Part shown: piece by piece, positions 10,191-19,110 of the stretch | Position numbering within the stretch: position 1 is the stretch's first letter | How the letters are laid out: the number at the start of each line of letters is the position of its first letter | Origin: a virus | Taxonomy: Duplodnaviria; Caudoviricetes | Strand: one strand, 5' to 3' | Length of the DNA: 64,000 nt | Virus record (IMG/VR): IMGVR_UViG_3300008262_000055 | Notes under the pieces: generated by a model | What the model saw: the letters and a program-made list of their open reading frames with translations, nothing else | What the model was told of the DNA's origin: nothing | Database searches by the model: none | Made by a program: the position numbers and the translations under genes

Positions 10191-12385
10191 TGGCATATAA
10201 AGTATTTTTTACCGACAGCACATTACATCCAGAACCGTTAGACGTTCCAGACAATTTTCCTAACACGTCAACTAGTATTTCTATCCCTGGTAGAAATCAA
10301 ACAGGATACGGAAAAATTATTGCTGAAAATTTTATTCATTTACTTGAAAATTTTGCTAGTGGTTCGGCACCAGAAACATCTAAATCCGTTATAGGACAAC
10401 TGTGGTTTAATTCAGATGAAAATAAACTTTACGTGTATGATGGAATAGAATATAAGACAACCAGCAACATCAGCACAGGGGTTAATGAACCAACCGGTGC
10501 TAGTCTTGGAGACTTATGGGTAAACTCTAGTACCCAACAATTATATCTATGGTCTGGAACTAACTGGGTTTTAATTGGACCACAATTTAGTGAAGGTACA
10601 AAATCGGGACCATTAGTTGAAACTATTCTTGACATCGATAACATTGAAAGAACAGTTATTGTATTTTACACTAAAGATATACCAGTAAGTATTGTTAGTA
10701 AAGATGATTTTATTCCTAAAGTTGTTATTCAAGGTTTTCCAGAAATTGGAGCAGGTATAAATGTTACCGCTAGAACAGATATTTCTGAAGAAGTAGTATT
10801 GCCTAGATTAATAGGTATAGCTAGATCAGCACAAAATTTATTAGTAGCAGATGAGGAAATACCATCTTCTAGATTTATTAGAAGTGACGAATCAGGAACA
10901 ATACAGGCAACACTAGCTGTAAGGGACGATGCTGGGTTATTTGTAGGTACTAACGGTAATATTAACTTATCGGTAAGATCGTCTAACGGTACACTGTATA
11001 ATTCTACTCCCGGTGCTGCTATTGATTTACAAACAACAAGAACTGGTGCCGCTGGATTACCAACAACTGTTGTAAAAATAGTTGAAGACAGAGTAGGTAT
11101 TAACAACACCAATCCTCAGCAACCTTTAGATGTTGGTGGTAATGTAAAAATAGCGGGAGAAATAATTAATACTTCCGAACAGCAGTCATCTAATTTAAGC
11201 AACGGTGCTATACAAACTGCTGGCGGTATGGCCGTAGCAAAAAATCTTAATGTTGGCGGAGACCTTTCGGTATTAAGCGGAAATATTTTTTCTAAATCTA
11301 TTAAACCGTTAACAGGCTCTGAAACAATCGGAGATGCTTCTAATAGGTATAGTACAGTTTATGCTAACACCATTGACGCTTCAATTATTAAAGGTAACCT
11401 AAGCGGTAACCTTGCTGGTAATGCCCAAACAGCAACATCTTTACAATCGGCAACTAATTTTAAGTTAGAAGGCGATATTTCTAGTAACGTAGTAGTATTC
11501 AATGGTACAGGAAATCTTACAAAAACATTTGTTACTACTCTAACATCTGATATTATTTCTACAAAATCTGCGTTAGGTAATGTACGAGATACAGATGAAT
11601 TATTAGTATATAGAAGTACTCTTGGTCTTCGTAAGATGACTAGAGAAACCTTTATTGATGACGCAGGTGTTCCACTTGGGGCAGTGTTGCCTTATGCTGG
11701 GACTACAGCACCAATTGGTTATCTACTTTGTGATGGTTCAGAATATGAAGCTTATAGATTTAGAGATTTGTATGATATAATCGGAGCAAATGTAAACTAT
11801 AAAAATTTAGGAAGAACAGTTAATCTTGACTTAAAAGGCTCAGACAAGGGTGCTACTTTCCGTGTACCAGATCTGCGAGGCAGATTTGTTTTAGGTAAAC
11901 AGGATATGAACGCAGATACAACTGTTCCTTATCCAGGCGGAAATAACAGTCCTGCAGCAGAAACTCCGTTATCTGAAGTAGGGGGTAACAGAGTAGCAGA
12001 TACTGCTTCAGCAAATAGTTTAGGTAGAGCAGGCGGTGCTGATCAATACACGTTACAAACACCAAACGTCCCTGATCACGAACATGATATGTATGGTAGA
12101 TCTAGTGCTAACATCAGAGCTACGCAATATTATGCCATTACAGAAACACCTACAGCTAATTTAGATTATCAACCAGGTGGATCTGTTTCTAATGTGAGAA
12201 TAGAAGGCGGAACAGCAACTAACGGAGCACAAGCAATGGCATCATCTGGTTTAGTCAAAGTCACAGATGAAAATAAAAGAAGACCAGGTTTTGCTGATTC
12301 GCAAACGGGTAAACCTTTTACAGTAATGAATCCGTTCCTTACTTTAAATTACATTATTCGAAGCGGTAGACCTTCTAATGATTAA
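10190..12385 (+). CDS. Tail fibre protein with tail-collar domain (paralog 1)
   Basis: Shared N-module GRNQTGYGKIIAENFIHLLENFA..GQLWFN; collar motif PLGAVLPYAGTTAPIGYLLCDG..FRVPDLRGRF. Confidence 0.8.
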   Translation: MAYKVFFTDSTLHPEPLDVPDNFPNTSTSISIPGRNQTGYGKIIAENFIHLLENFASGSAPETSKSVIGQLWFNSDENKLYVYDGIEYKTTSNISTGVNEPTGASLGDLWVNSSTQQLYLWSGTNWVLIGPQFSEGTKSGPLVETILDIDNIERTVIVFYTKDIPVSIVSKDDFIPKVVIQGFPEIGAGINVTARTDISEEVVLPRLIGIARSAQNLLVADEEIPSSRFIRSDESGTIQATLAVRDDAGLFVGTNGNINLSVRSSNGTLYNSTPGAAIDLQTTRTGAAGLPTTVVKIVEDRVGINNTNPQQPLDVGGNVKIAGEIINTSEQQSSNLSNGAIQTAGGMAVAKNLNVGGDLSVLSGNIFSKSIKPLTGSETIGDASNRYSTVYANTIDASIIKGNLSGNLAGNAQTATSLQSATNFKLEGDISSNVVVFNGTGNLTKTFVTTLTSDIISTKSALGNVRDTDELLVYRSTLGLRKMTRETFIDDAGVPLGAVLPYAGTTAPIGYLLCDGSEYEAYRFRDLYDIIGANVNYKNLGRTVNLDLKGSDKGATFRVPDLRGRFVLGKQDMNADTTVPYPGGNNSPAAETPLSEVGGNRVADTASANSLGRAGGADQYTLQTPNVPDHEHDMYGRSSANIRATQYYAITETPTANLDYQPGGSVSNVRIEGGTATNGAQAMASSGLVKVTDENKRRPGFADSQTGKPFTVMNPFLTLNYIIRSGRPSND

Positions 12386-12397
12386 CGGAGCGATTTA

Positions 12398-14464
12398 ATG
12401 GCCTATACAGTAAACAAAACAGACGGATCAATAGTAGCTACAGTAGCTGACGGTCAGATAGATCAAGGATCGACCGATTTAACTTTAATAGGAAAAAACT
12501 TTAGCGGTTTTGGTGACTATCTTAATGAAAATTTTGTACACCTACTAGAAAATTTTGCTGGACAGTCTCAACCAAATCAACCTTTGCTGGGACAATTATG
12601 GTATGACACAACAGAAAACAGAATTAAAGTCTATTCAGGTAATGAATGGAAATCTGTAGGAACTGCTGCGTTATCTATCGCACGACCTTTAGATATCAGT
12701 ACTGGTGATTTTTGGTTCAACACATCATTAGCACAGTTATTTTTCTTTGATGGCAACCAAGATACACTAGTAGCTCCTATATATAGTTCGTCCCAAAATA
12801 CCAGCGGATTTAGAATAGAAACAGTTGAAGATTCGGACAGAAGAAATAAAATTATATCTGGTGTTTATAATGCTGGAAGATTAATGGGGTATTTTAGTGC
12901 CCAGGAATTCACATTAAGAAATCCTATATCAGATTACAATACAGCTAATCAAAACGGCGAAACTATACCCAATACTTTAATTAAGATTGGATTTAATCCA
13001 GCAGATACTTCTTTTAAATGGCAAGGCACTACTTATAATTCTGATAGGTTAGGAGAAGTAGATTCGTCAAATTATGTAAGAAAAGATTTAGCTAACGTTC
13101 TTACAGCAGCTTTAACAGTTCAAAACAATGAAGGATTATTTTTTGGAACAGGTCCTCAGGGTCAATTAGCTGTTGAAAATTTTAGAGATGTAACAATAAG
13201 AAACACATCAGATGAAGGAAGAATAACTTTAAGGGCTACACGGGCCGGAAATTTATTAAGTTATTTTTCAATTGCTCCTGATGCCAGCGGTTCAGATTTA
13301 ATTGAGATTGCCCCATCAAATCCTTTGAGCTTAACTACTATTGGCGGCAGTGTTGAAATTACAGGAAACCTAACAGTATTAGGGAATATGGTCAGTGTCG
13401 ATGTTTCAACACTAAGAGTAGAAGATAAAAATATAGAACTTGGTAAAAAATCCGACAATACAAACATCACCGACGCTCAAGCCTATGGTGGCGGGATTGT
13501 ATTAAAAGGGGATACTGATCATTATATTGTTTGGAATCAAGTTGAATCAGCAGTAACCGATGAACAAGATTGGGACTTTAGTGAAAACATCGATATTCCT
13601 TCTACCCGTTCTTATAAGATAGGCGGTGTTGAAGTTTTACGAAACAACGGTGTTACTATAGAATTAACATCGGCAGTGACAACAGCTCCGGGATTAGTTA
13701 GTTTTGGATCGCAAACATCACTTACAGCAGACAATATCACAATCGACGATAATAGGATTTCTAATAATGGACGTACAACTCCATATGTAAACGGAGATCC
13801 TGCTAACCCTACTAATTTAGTTTTTGAACCGTTAGGTGATGTAGAATTTACAGGTAATCCTAGATTGCTAGGAATCGCCACTGACGGCGAAAATTCTCCA
13901 GATCAAACTCAAGAAGGATACACATATCTTTCTGTTAACGATCCTGATCAATTAGAACAAGCAACATCTAAAAAATATGTTACTAACCTAGTTAGAACTC
14001 GCAGTATTCCGTTAACTTTAGATATTACAAAAAATACTAACAGTGGACAAGGTACACAAGCAGAACAACCATTAACTAACGCAGAAATTATTGCTATAGT
14101 CACTGACATTTGTCCTCCAGATGAGTACGAAGAGAATACATTGTGTCGCATAGCAACTACTAGGTACTATCAAGAAGATATTGCCCAGCAAACATTTACT
14201 ATTAATTACTCTACTTTATATGAAGTTGATGGTTCTGAAACACCAGGCGGAGTAGAAACACCACATGGTGTTGTACTAGATATACAAAATCCTGTAGTAA
14301 TACCTGCTAAAGCACCACCACTGTTATTTGTAAGAAGAGGGTTGATAATATTAAAATTAGAAAATATTACATCGACGTTAATATGGACAGTTGACACTGC
14401 GTTGGTTGAAGATCCATCGCCATACGACATCCCGTATTCAACATACAGTACAAGATTACCATAA
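12398..14464 (+). CDS. Tail fibre protein (paralog 2)
   Basis: Shared N-module IGKNFSGFGDYLNENFVHLLENFA..GQLWYD..GDFWFN. Confidence 0.75.
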   Translation: MAYTVNKTDGSIVATVADGQIDQGSTDLTLIGKNFSGFGDYLNENFVHLLENFAGQSQPNQPLLGQLWYDTTENRIKVYSGNEWKSVGTAALSIARPLDISTGDFWFNTSLAQLFFFDGNQDTLVAPIYSSSQNTSGFRIETVEDSDRRNKIISGVYNAGRLMGYFSAQEFTLRNPISDYNTANQNGETIPNTLIKIGFNPADTSFKWQGTTYNSDRLGEVDSSNYVRKDLANVLTAALTVQNNEGLFFGTGPQGQLAVENFRDVTIRNTSDEGRITLRATRAGNLLSYFSIAPDASGSDLIEIAPSNPLSLTTIGGSVEITGNLTVLGNMVSVDVSTLRVEDKNIELGKKSDNTNITDAQAYGGGIVLKGDTDHYIVWNQVESAVTDEQDWDFSENIDIPSTRSYKIGGVEVLRNNGVTIELTSAVTTAPGLVSFGSQTSLTADNITIDDNRISNNGRTTPYVNGDPANPTNLVFEPLGDVEFTGNPRLLGIATDGENSPDQTQEGYTYLSVNDPDQLEQATSKKYVTNLVRTRSIPLTLDITKNTNSGQGTQAEQPLTNAEIIAIVTDICPPDEYEENTLCRIATTRYYQEDIAQQTFTINYSTLYEVDGSETPGGVETPHGVVLDIQNPVVIPAKAPPLLFVRRGLIILKLENITSTLIWTVDTALVEDPSPYDIPYSTYSTRLP

Positions 14465-14476
14465 TGGAAGAGCGAC

Positions 14477-16099
14477 ATGCCATATCAAATTAATAAATTC
14501 AACGGAGAGCGACTAGTTATACTAGAAGATGGTACACTAGATTCGACAACCAATCTTAATCTAGTAGGTAAAAATTTTGCCGGCTATGGAGAAACTCAAA
14601 ATGAAAATTTTGTATGGTTGCTAGAAAATTTTGCCAGCGGTATAGCACCCGGAAAACCGTTAACCGGACAAATATGGTATGATACTGTTACTAAAAAAAT
14701 TAAAGTTTATTCAGGATCAACATGGAATTTTGTAGGTGGAACTAAACTATCAGCTACTGAACCCGTTGATCCTTCAGAAGGCGACGGTTGGTACGATAGC
14801 GATGATGGAAAATTTTATGTATATGACGGCACAGACTTTCAGTTTATAGGACCAGAAACTGTAGCAGGTTTTGGAAATACAAGACACATTTCGGATAAAA
14901 TAATTGATTCATTAGGAAACAATGTTCCAGTAATTAAAACTTTAATTAATGATTCAATAATAGCTATTACGGCAGATAGATCTTTTAATCCGTTAACTCC
15001 TATTACAGGATTTACATCATTTGTAAAAGGTATAAATTTTTCTAGTACATCTGTTCTTAATGGCAACATTTCAGGAAATGCTGGTTCAGCAAATATTTTA
15101 TCTACAGCTAGAAATATCAATGGTGTAGCATTTAATGGATCCGCAGATGTTACTGTAAAAGCATCAACTACTAATAAATTGATATCTGGAAATTATATTA
15201 CAGGTTCTGATTTTGATGGATCTGCTCCTATTACATGGACACTCGATGCTTCGTCTAACAATGTTCAGGATACCGTAGTTGTTAGAGATAGCTCAGGAAA
15301 TTTTGCTGCTAATACTGTAGTAGCTAATCTTACGGGTAATAGTGTAGGCACACATACTGGCCCTGTTGTCGGCGGTGTTACAGGAAATGTTATAGGTAAT
15401 TTAACTGGTAATGTTTTAGGAAATGTCACTGGGGATGTTACTGGTAACGTAACAGGATCTTTAACAGGTAGTTTGTTAGGTAACGCTAAAGGTAGTTTAA
15501 TTGCTGCAGACAATTCTGTAGCCTATGACGGAACTACAAAAATCTTTACAGGTACTTTTACAGGTAATGCTACATCTGCTACTAGATTACAAAACGAAGT
15601 AATGATTAACAATGTTCCGTTTACAGGACAATCTAGTATCACAGTTTTTGATAATACTAAATTTCCTAGTACCGGAGGAACATTAACTGGACCTTTGATC
15701 CTTGCTGATAATCCAAATACAGGATTAGGAGCAGCAACAAAACAATATGTTGACGATAGAGATCAAATTATTAAAAATGAAGTTGTTGCTTTATTCCCAA
15801 CAAATTATACAATAACCTATGGTAATACTCAATACAGCACCACTGGATATACTAATCAAGTTGGATCTTTTAACAACGGTGCTAACTTTTTTGATGTATA
15901 TTCCCCCGCTGGTAAAACAATGGCTAATTTAGTTGCTTTTATTCCTTCAATTGCAGTTATACATTACGCTGGTGGAGTTGACGGCAACGACAGTTTACGA
16001 TGTACTTGGTCTAATCTTGGAGACCGTATCCGTGTATGGGTACAAAACACAGAGCAAAGATCAACACCTGCTGCCAATTGGCTAGCTATTTGGAGTTAA
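14477..16099 (+). CDS. Tail fibre protein (paralog 3)
   Basis: Shared N-module; ARNINGVAFNGSAD and ATKQYVD fibre motifs; GN(V/L)T tetrapeptide repeats; aromatic C-terminal tip. Confidence 0.8.
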   Translation: MPYQINKFNGERLVILEDGTLDSTTNLNLVGKNFAGYGETQNENFVWLLENFASGIAPGKPLTGQIWYDTVTKKIKVYSGSTWNFVGGTKLSATEPVDPSEGDGWYDSDDGKFYVYDGTDFQFIGPETVAGFGNTRHISDKIIDSLGNNVPVIKTLINDSIIAITADRSFNPLTPITGFTSFVKGINFSSTSVLNGNISGNAGSANILSTARNINGVAFNGSADVTVKASTTNKLISGNYITGSDFDGSAPITWTLDASSNNVQDTVVVRDSSGNFAANTVVANLTGNSVGTHTGPVVGGVTGNVIGNLTGNVLGNVTGDVTGNVTGSLTGSLLGNAKGSLIAADNSVAYDGTTKIFTGTFTGNATSATRLQNEVMINNVPFTGQSSITVFDNTKFPSTGGTLTGPLILADNPNTGLGAATKQYVDDRDQIIKNEVVALFPTNYTITYGNTQYSTTGYTNQVGSFNNGANFFDVYSPAGKTMANLVAFIPSIAVIHYAGGVDGNDSLRCTWSNLGDRIRVWVQNTEQRSTPAANWLAIWS

Positions 16100-16100
16100 T

Positions 16101-16460
16101 ATGTATTACGTCTGCTTAGAAAATAATCAAATTACAGCAATATTAAATTATCAACCAAACACACCTAATGGTGTAGAGGTGGTTAATATTACCAGCGAAC
16201 AATATGATCAAATAGTCAATGACACACATTTTTTTAATGTAACAACTAAAACTGTTGACGCATTAACTAATGAACAAGTAATTGCTAAATCAACATTTAA
16301 TCAAAACAGTGTTCATAGAGAATTCTTAAATAGTACCGATTGGAAAGTGCTAAGACACTTAAGAGAGCAGTCATTGGGATTACCGACATCTTTAACACAA
16401 CAACAGTTTTTAGAATTAGAGCAGCAAAGACAAACTGCCGCAGATAGTATAACAGAATAA
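16101..16460 (+). CDS. Putative tail-fibre assembly chaperone
   Basis: 119 aa immediately downstream of a fibre gene; REFLNSTDWKVLRHLRE resembles fibre-assembly proteins. Confidence 0.55.
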   Translation: MYYVCLENNQITAILNYQPNTPNGVEVVNITSEQYDQIVNDTHFFNVTTKTVDALTNEQVIAKSTFNQNSVHREFLNSTDWKVLRHLREQSLGLPTSLTQQQFLELEQQRQTAADSITE

Positions 16461-16472
16461 TAGGAGCAAGTA

Positions 16473-18118
16473 ATGCCATACCAGATAGATAGATATAACG
16501 GATCGTTTTTTATAGAAGTTCCTGATCAAACGGTTGACAGTTCTAGTTCCGATCTAAAACTTATTGGAAAAAATTATGCTGGATATGGTGAGGTCCAGAA
16601 TCTGTAACCGACGTATCTAGCACAGCCCCAACAGGATCGTCAGTTAAAGACAAAGGAAATCTTTGGTATAACGATGCTCTAGATCAATTAAACATCTGGG
16701 ATGGCACTGAATATAGAATTATTGGACCAGAAATCGCAGTAGGATTTGGAGAAACTAAATTATCATCAGGAACAATACGTGATAACGGAAACGTTGAATA
16801 TCCTATAATCAAAGTTTTTAACAATGATAAAGTTATTGCGGTTGTAAGTAACGATCAATTTGACATTGGAATTATTGACACTATTGATGGATTTACAACT
16901 ATCAAGAAAGGATTTACTCTAGTTGATACTGCTGCTAGCGGTGTAACATCTTCGCAATATAGATACTGGGGAACAGCTAGTAACACAGAAAAATTCTCAG
17001 GATTTACCACTGCTGATTTTGTTATGCGTGGTATGAACGGATCTACGTTTGGAGATACGGGTGTAACTTTAGGTGATGACAACGATTTAAAAATATTTGT
17101 TGAAGATTTTAACAAGATTGTTATATCCAGTCAGTTAAATGGTCCATTAAAAATACGTGTAAAGAACGGTGCTATTAACAATGATGTGGCTATTTTCTCC
17201 GAAGCAGGTATGGAGCCCAACACTACTGAAATATATAACTTAGGGTCGTCTGTTAAAAAATGGAGTGCTATACATTCCAAGGACGTATTTGGTAATGTCA
17301 TAGGTACATTACAAGGCGATCTACTAGCAGAAGACGATCAAGTAATGTTTGATGCTAGTCTTAAAGAATTTTATGGTACACATGTGGGTATCAATAAAGG
17401 CGATATTAGAGCAGCAGATAATTCTTTATGTTTTGATTCTTCTGCTAGAGCGTTTATTGGTGCTTCGGGTACATTTACTAATATAACTACGGATCTATTA
17501 ACATTAGTTGACAGGGTTATTGGTGATCTCAAAGGCGACATTTACGCTAGTGATGATACTATTGCCTATAACGCAGGAACAAAAATATTCACAGGCTCGT
17601 TAGTTGGTAACGCAGACACAGCCGCTAAATTACAATCGCCTAAGTATATTAACGGTGTTGCTTTTGACGGATCAGAAAATATTAATGTTGTTGACGAAAC
17701 TAGAGTAGCTAAATCCGGTGGCATTATGACTGGGTATCTAACCTTAGTAGACGATCCTATTAATGATAAACATGCCGCTACTAAGAAATATGTTGATGAT
17801 CAAATAGCAAACAGAACTCTATATTTCAGTTTAGATACTAATGGATTATCGACTACAGGTTCCGGGCCAGGGTCGGTAGCAGGTTTGTTAAATCAATTAG
17901 CACCACCATTAAACTTCCGTGTGGGTACAATGGCACATATCGCAAGTACTATACAGAATGTATCAACATCAACATCTGTTTCTAGAGGTAGTTGGATTAG
18001 CGTTTCGTTTGTAAGTAACGTTAGTGTAACTACTACAGTTACTAATCCTTCTAGAAATAATTTATTGATATATCGAGTTAACACAATACAGTCGAGTTGG
18101 GAATATGTCTCAGGTTAA
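16473..18118 (+). pseudogene. Tail fibre protein (paralog 4), split by an out-of-frame internal deletion near 16600
   Basis: The ATG at 16473 follows a GGAG SD and gives MPYQIDRYNG..IGKNYAGYGEVQNL* (stop 16605-16607). A second frame, open from 16592, gives SVTDVSSTAP..GNLWYND and runs into the 17024..18118 ORF. The conserved ENF.LLENF..GQIW.D block of the paralogs is absent. Confidence 0.85.
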
Positions 18119-18602
18119 ATTAGTAAAAAACTATGTTACTAATGTAGATGAAATTATCGAACTAGCTGAAAAGCATAGCGATAAGTTCTCTAGCCGCACT
18201 TCAACCGATACACATAATTTTAAAACATCATACGGTAGTAGTAAATTAAAAAGCCTATTTCACTTTAATATGGATTCTGAATTAAAGTCTGCTATCACAA
18301 AAACACTACCTGATGATGTTAGATTTATAACCAGCATGACTATCAATAGATACGATCCGGGCGATTATCTGCTGCGTCACAGAGACAGTATCGGGGGATA
18401 TTGGAAATTTAAATTGATTTTTTTAAGAAGCGATAGACCACATTTCAAATATTATGATGATCAAGGACAAGACCATTTAGTGGATGAGGAACCGGGTTCC
18501 CTTATCGATATGCCTTTACATCTAGAACATGAAGTTACAGAAATTGGATCTACTGAAAAATCCAAATACAGTTTAGTATTAGCTTGGGGAAGGATAGGAT
18601 AA
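18105..18602 (+). CDS. 2OG-Fe(II) oxygenase (prolyl-hydroxylase-like fold)
   Basis: INRYDPGDYLLRHRD (HxD) ... LEHEVT (distal His) ... KYSLV. Confidence 0.75.
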   Translation: MSQVKLVKNYVTNVDEIIELAEKHSDKFSSRTSTDTHNFKTSYGSSKLKSLFHFNMDSELKSAITKTLPDDVRFITSMTINRYDPGDYLLRHRDSIGGYWKFKLIFLRSDRPHFKYYDDQGQDHLVDEEPGSLIDMPLHLEHEVTEIGSTEKSKYSLVLAWGRIG

Positions 18603-19072
18603 TGACAAAAATAGCAAGAGAATTACTTTTTATAAAAAACAGCGGAGTCCTTATTGGAGAAATTACTCCAGAAACTGATAGATCAACTTTAAATCTAGAC
18701 AGCTTTGTTGTTAAGATTGTTGAATTAGATGAGGATGCCGGTGATTACTGGTACGGAGATTATACTACAGGCGAAGTTAGATCTAGAGCCGATAAGCCTG
18801 TAATCACCGAATCATATGTAAAGTATAATACTAACGTATCTATACTCAACGAATATCCTATACATAAACAACTTAATATAATAATTGATATGTTAGATAG
18901 AAGCGAGATCGCAAAAACGTCTGAATTTACAGCTCTTAAAGAGTTTTTAGAAGCTGCTAAACAGAATCATAGAGAGCAAATTGCGTCGTATTCGGCAAAT
19001 GCCGCTGCTTTTACATTTGTTTCTGAAGCCGAAGAGAGAGAAATTATAACAAAAAAGCAGAATTTTGAATAA
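18602..19072 (+). CDS. Hypothetical protein (fibre-associated)
   Basis: The ATG at 18602 overlaps the upstream stop (TAATG); 156 aa. Confidence 0.6.
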   Translation: MTKIARELLFIKNSGVLIGEITPETDRSTLNLDSFVVKIVELDEDAGDYWYGDYTTGEVRSRADKPVITESYVKYNTNVSILNEYPIHKQLNIIIDMLDRSEIAKTSEFTALKEFLEAAKQNHREQIASYSANAAAFTFVSEAEEREIITKKQNFE

Positions 19073-19074
19073 AC

Positions 19075-19089
19075 AGTCTGCGATAAATA
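19075..19089 (+). promoter_or_regulatory. Extended late promoter motif AGTCTGCGATAAATA
   Basis: The same 15-mer occurs at 54436-54450 (-) and a 13-mer of it at 62014-62026 (-), each in an intergenic gap upstream of a gene. Confidence 0.75.
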
Positions 19090-19110
19090 CAGTGAATTGG
19101 ACGAACAACT

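Noticed and set aside
15330-15500. GGTAA(T/C)GTN-like 12-nt tandem repeats as a CRISPR array or DGR template
   Set aside because: They are degenerate in-frame GN(V/L)T peptide repeats of a fibre shaft, with no spacers, no paired template and no reverse transcriptase in the window.
16568-16574. A-AAA-AAT slippery heptamer as a programmed -1 frameshift rescuing fibre paralog 4
   Set aside because: The -1 frame hits TGA at 16589-16591 before the junction, and about 40 conserved residues are physically missing.
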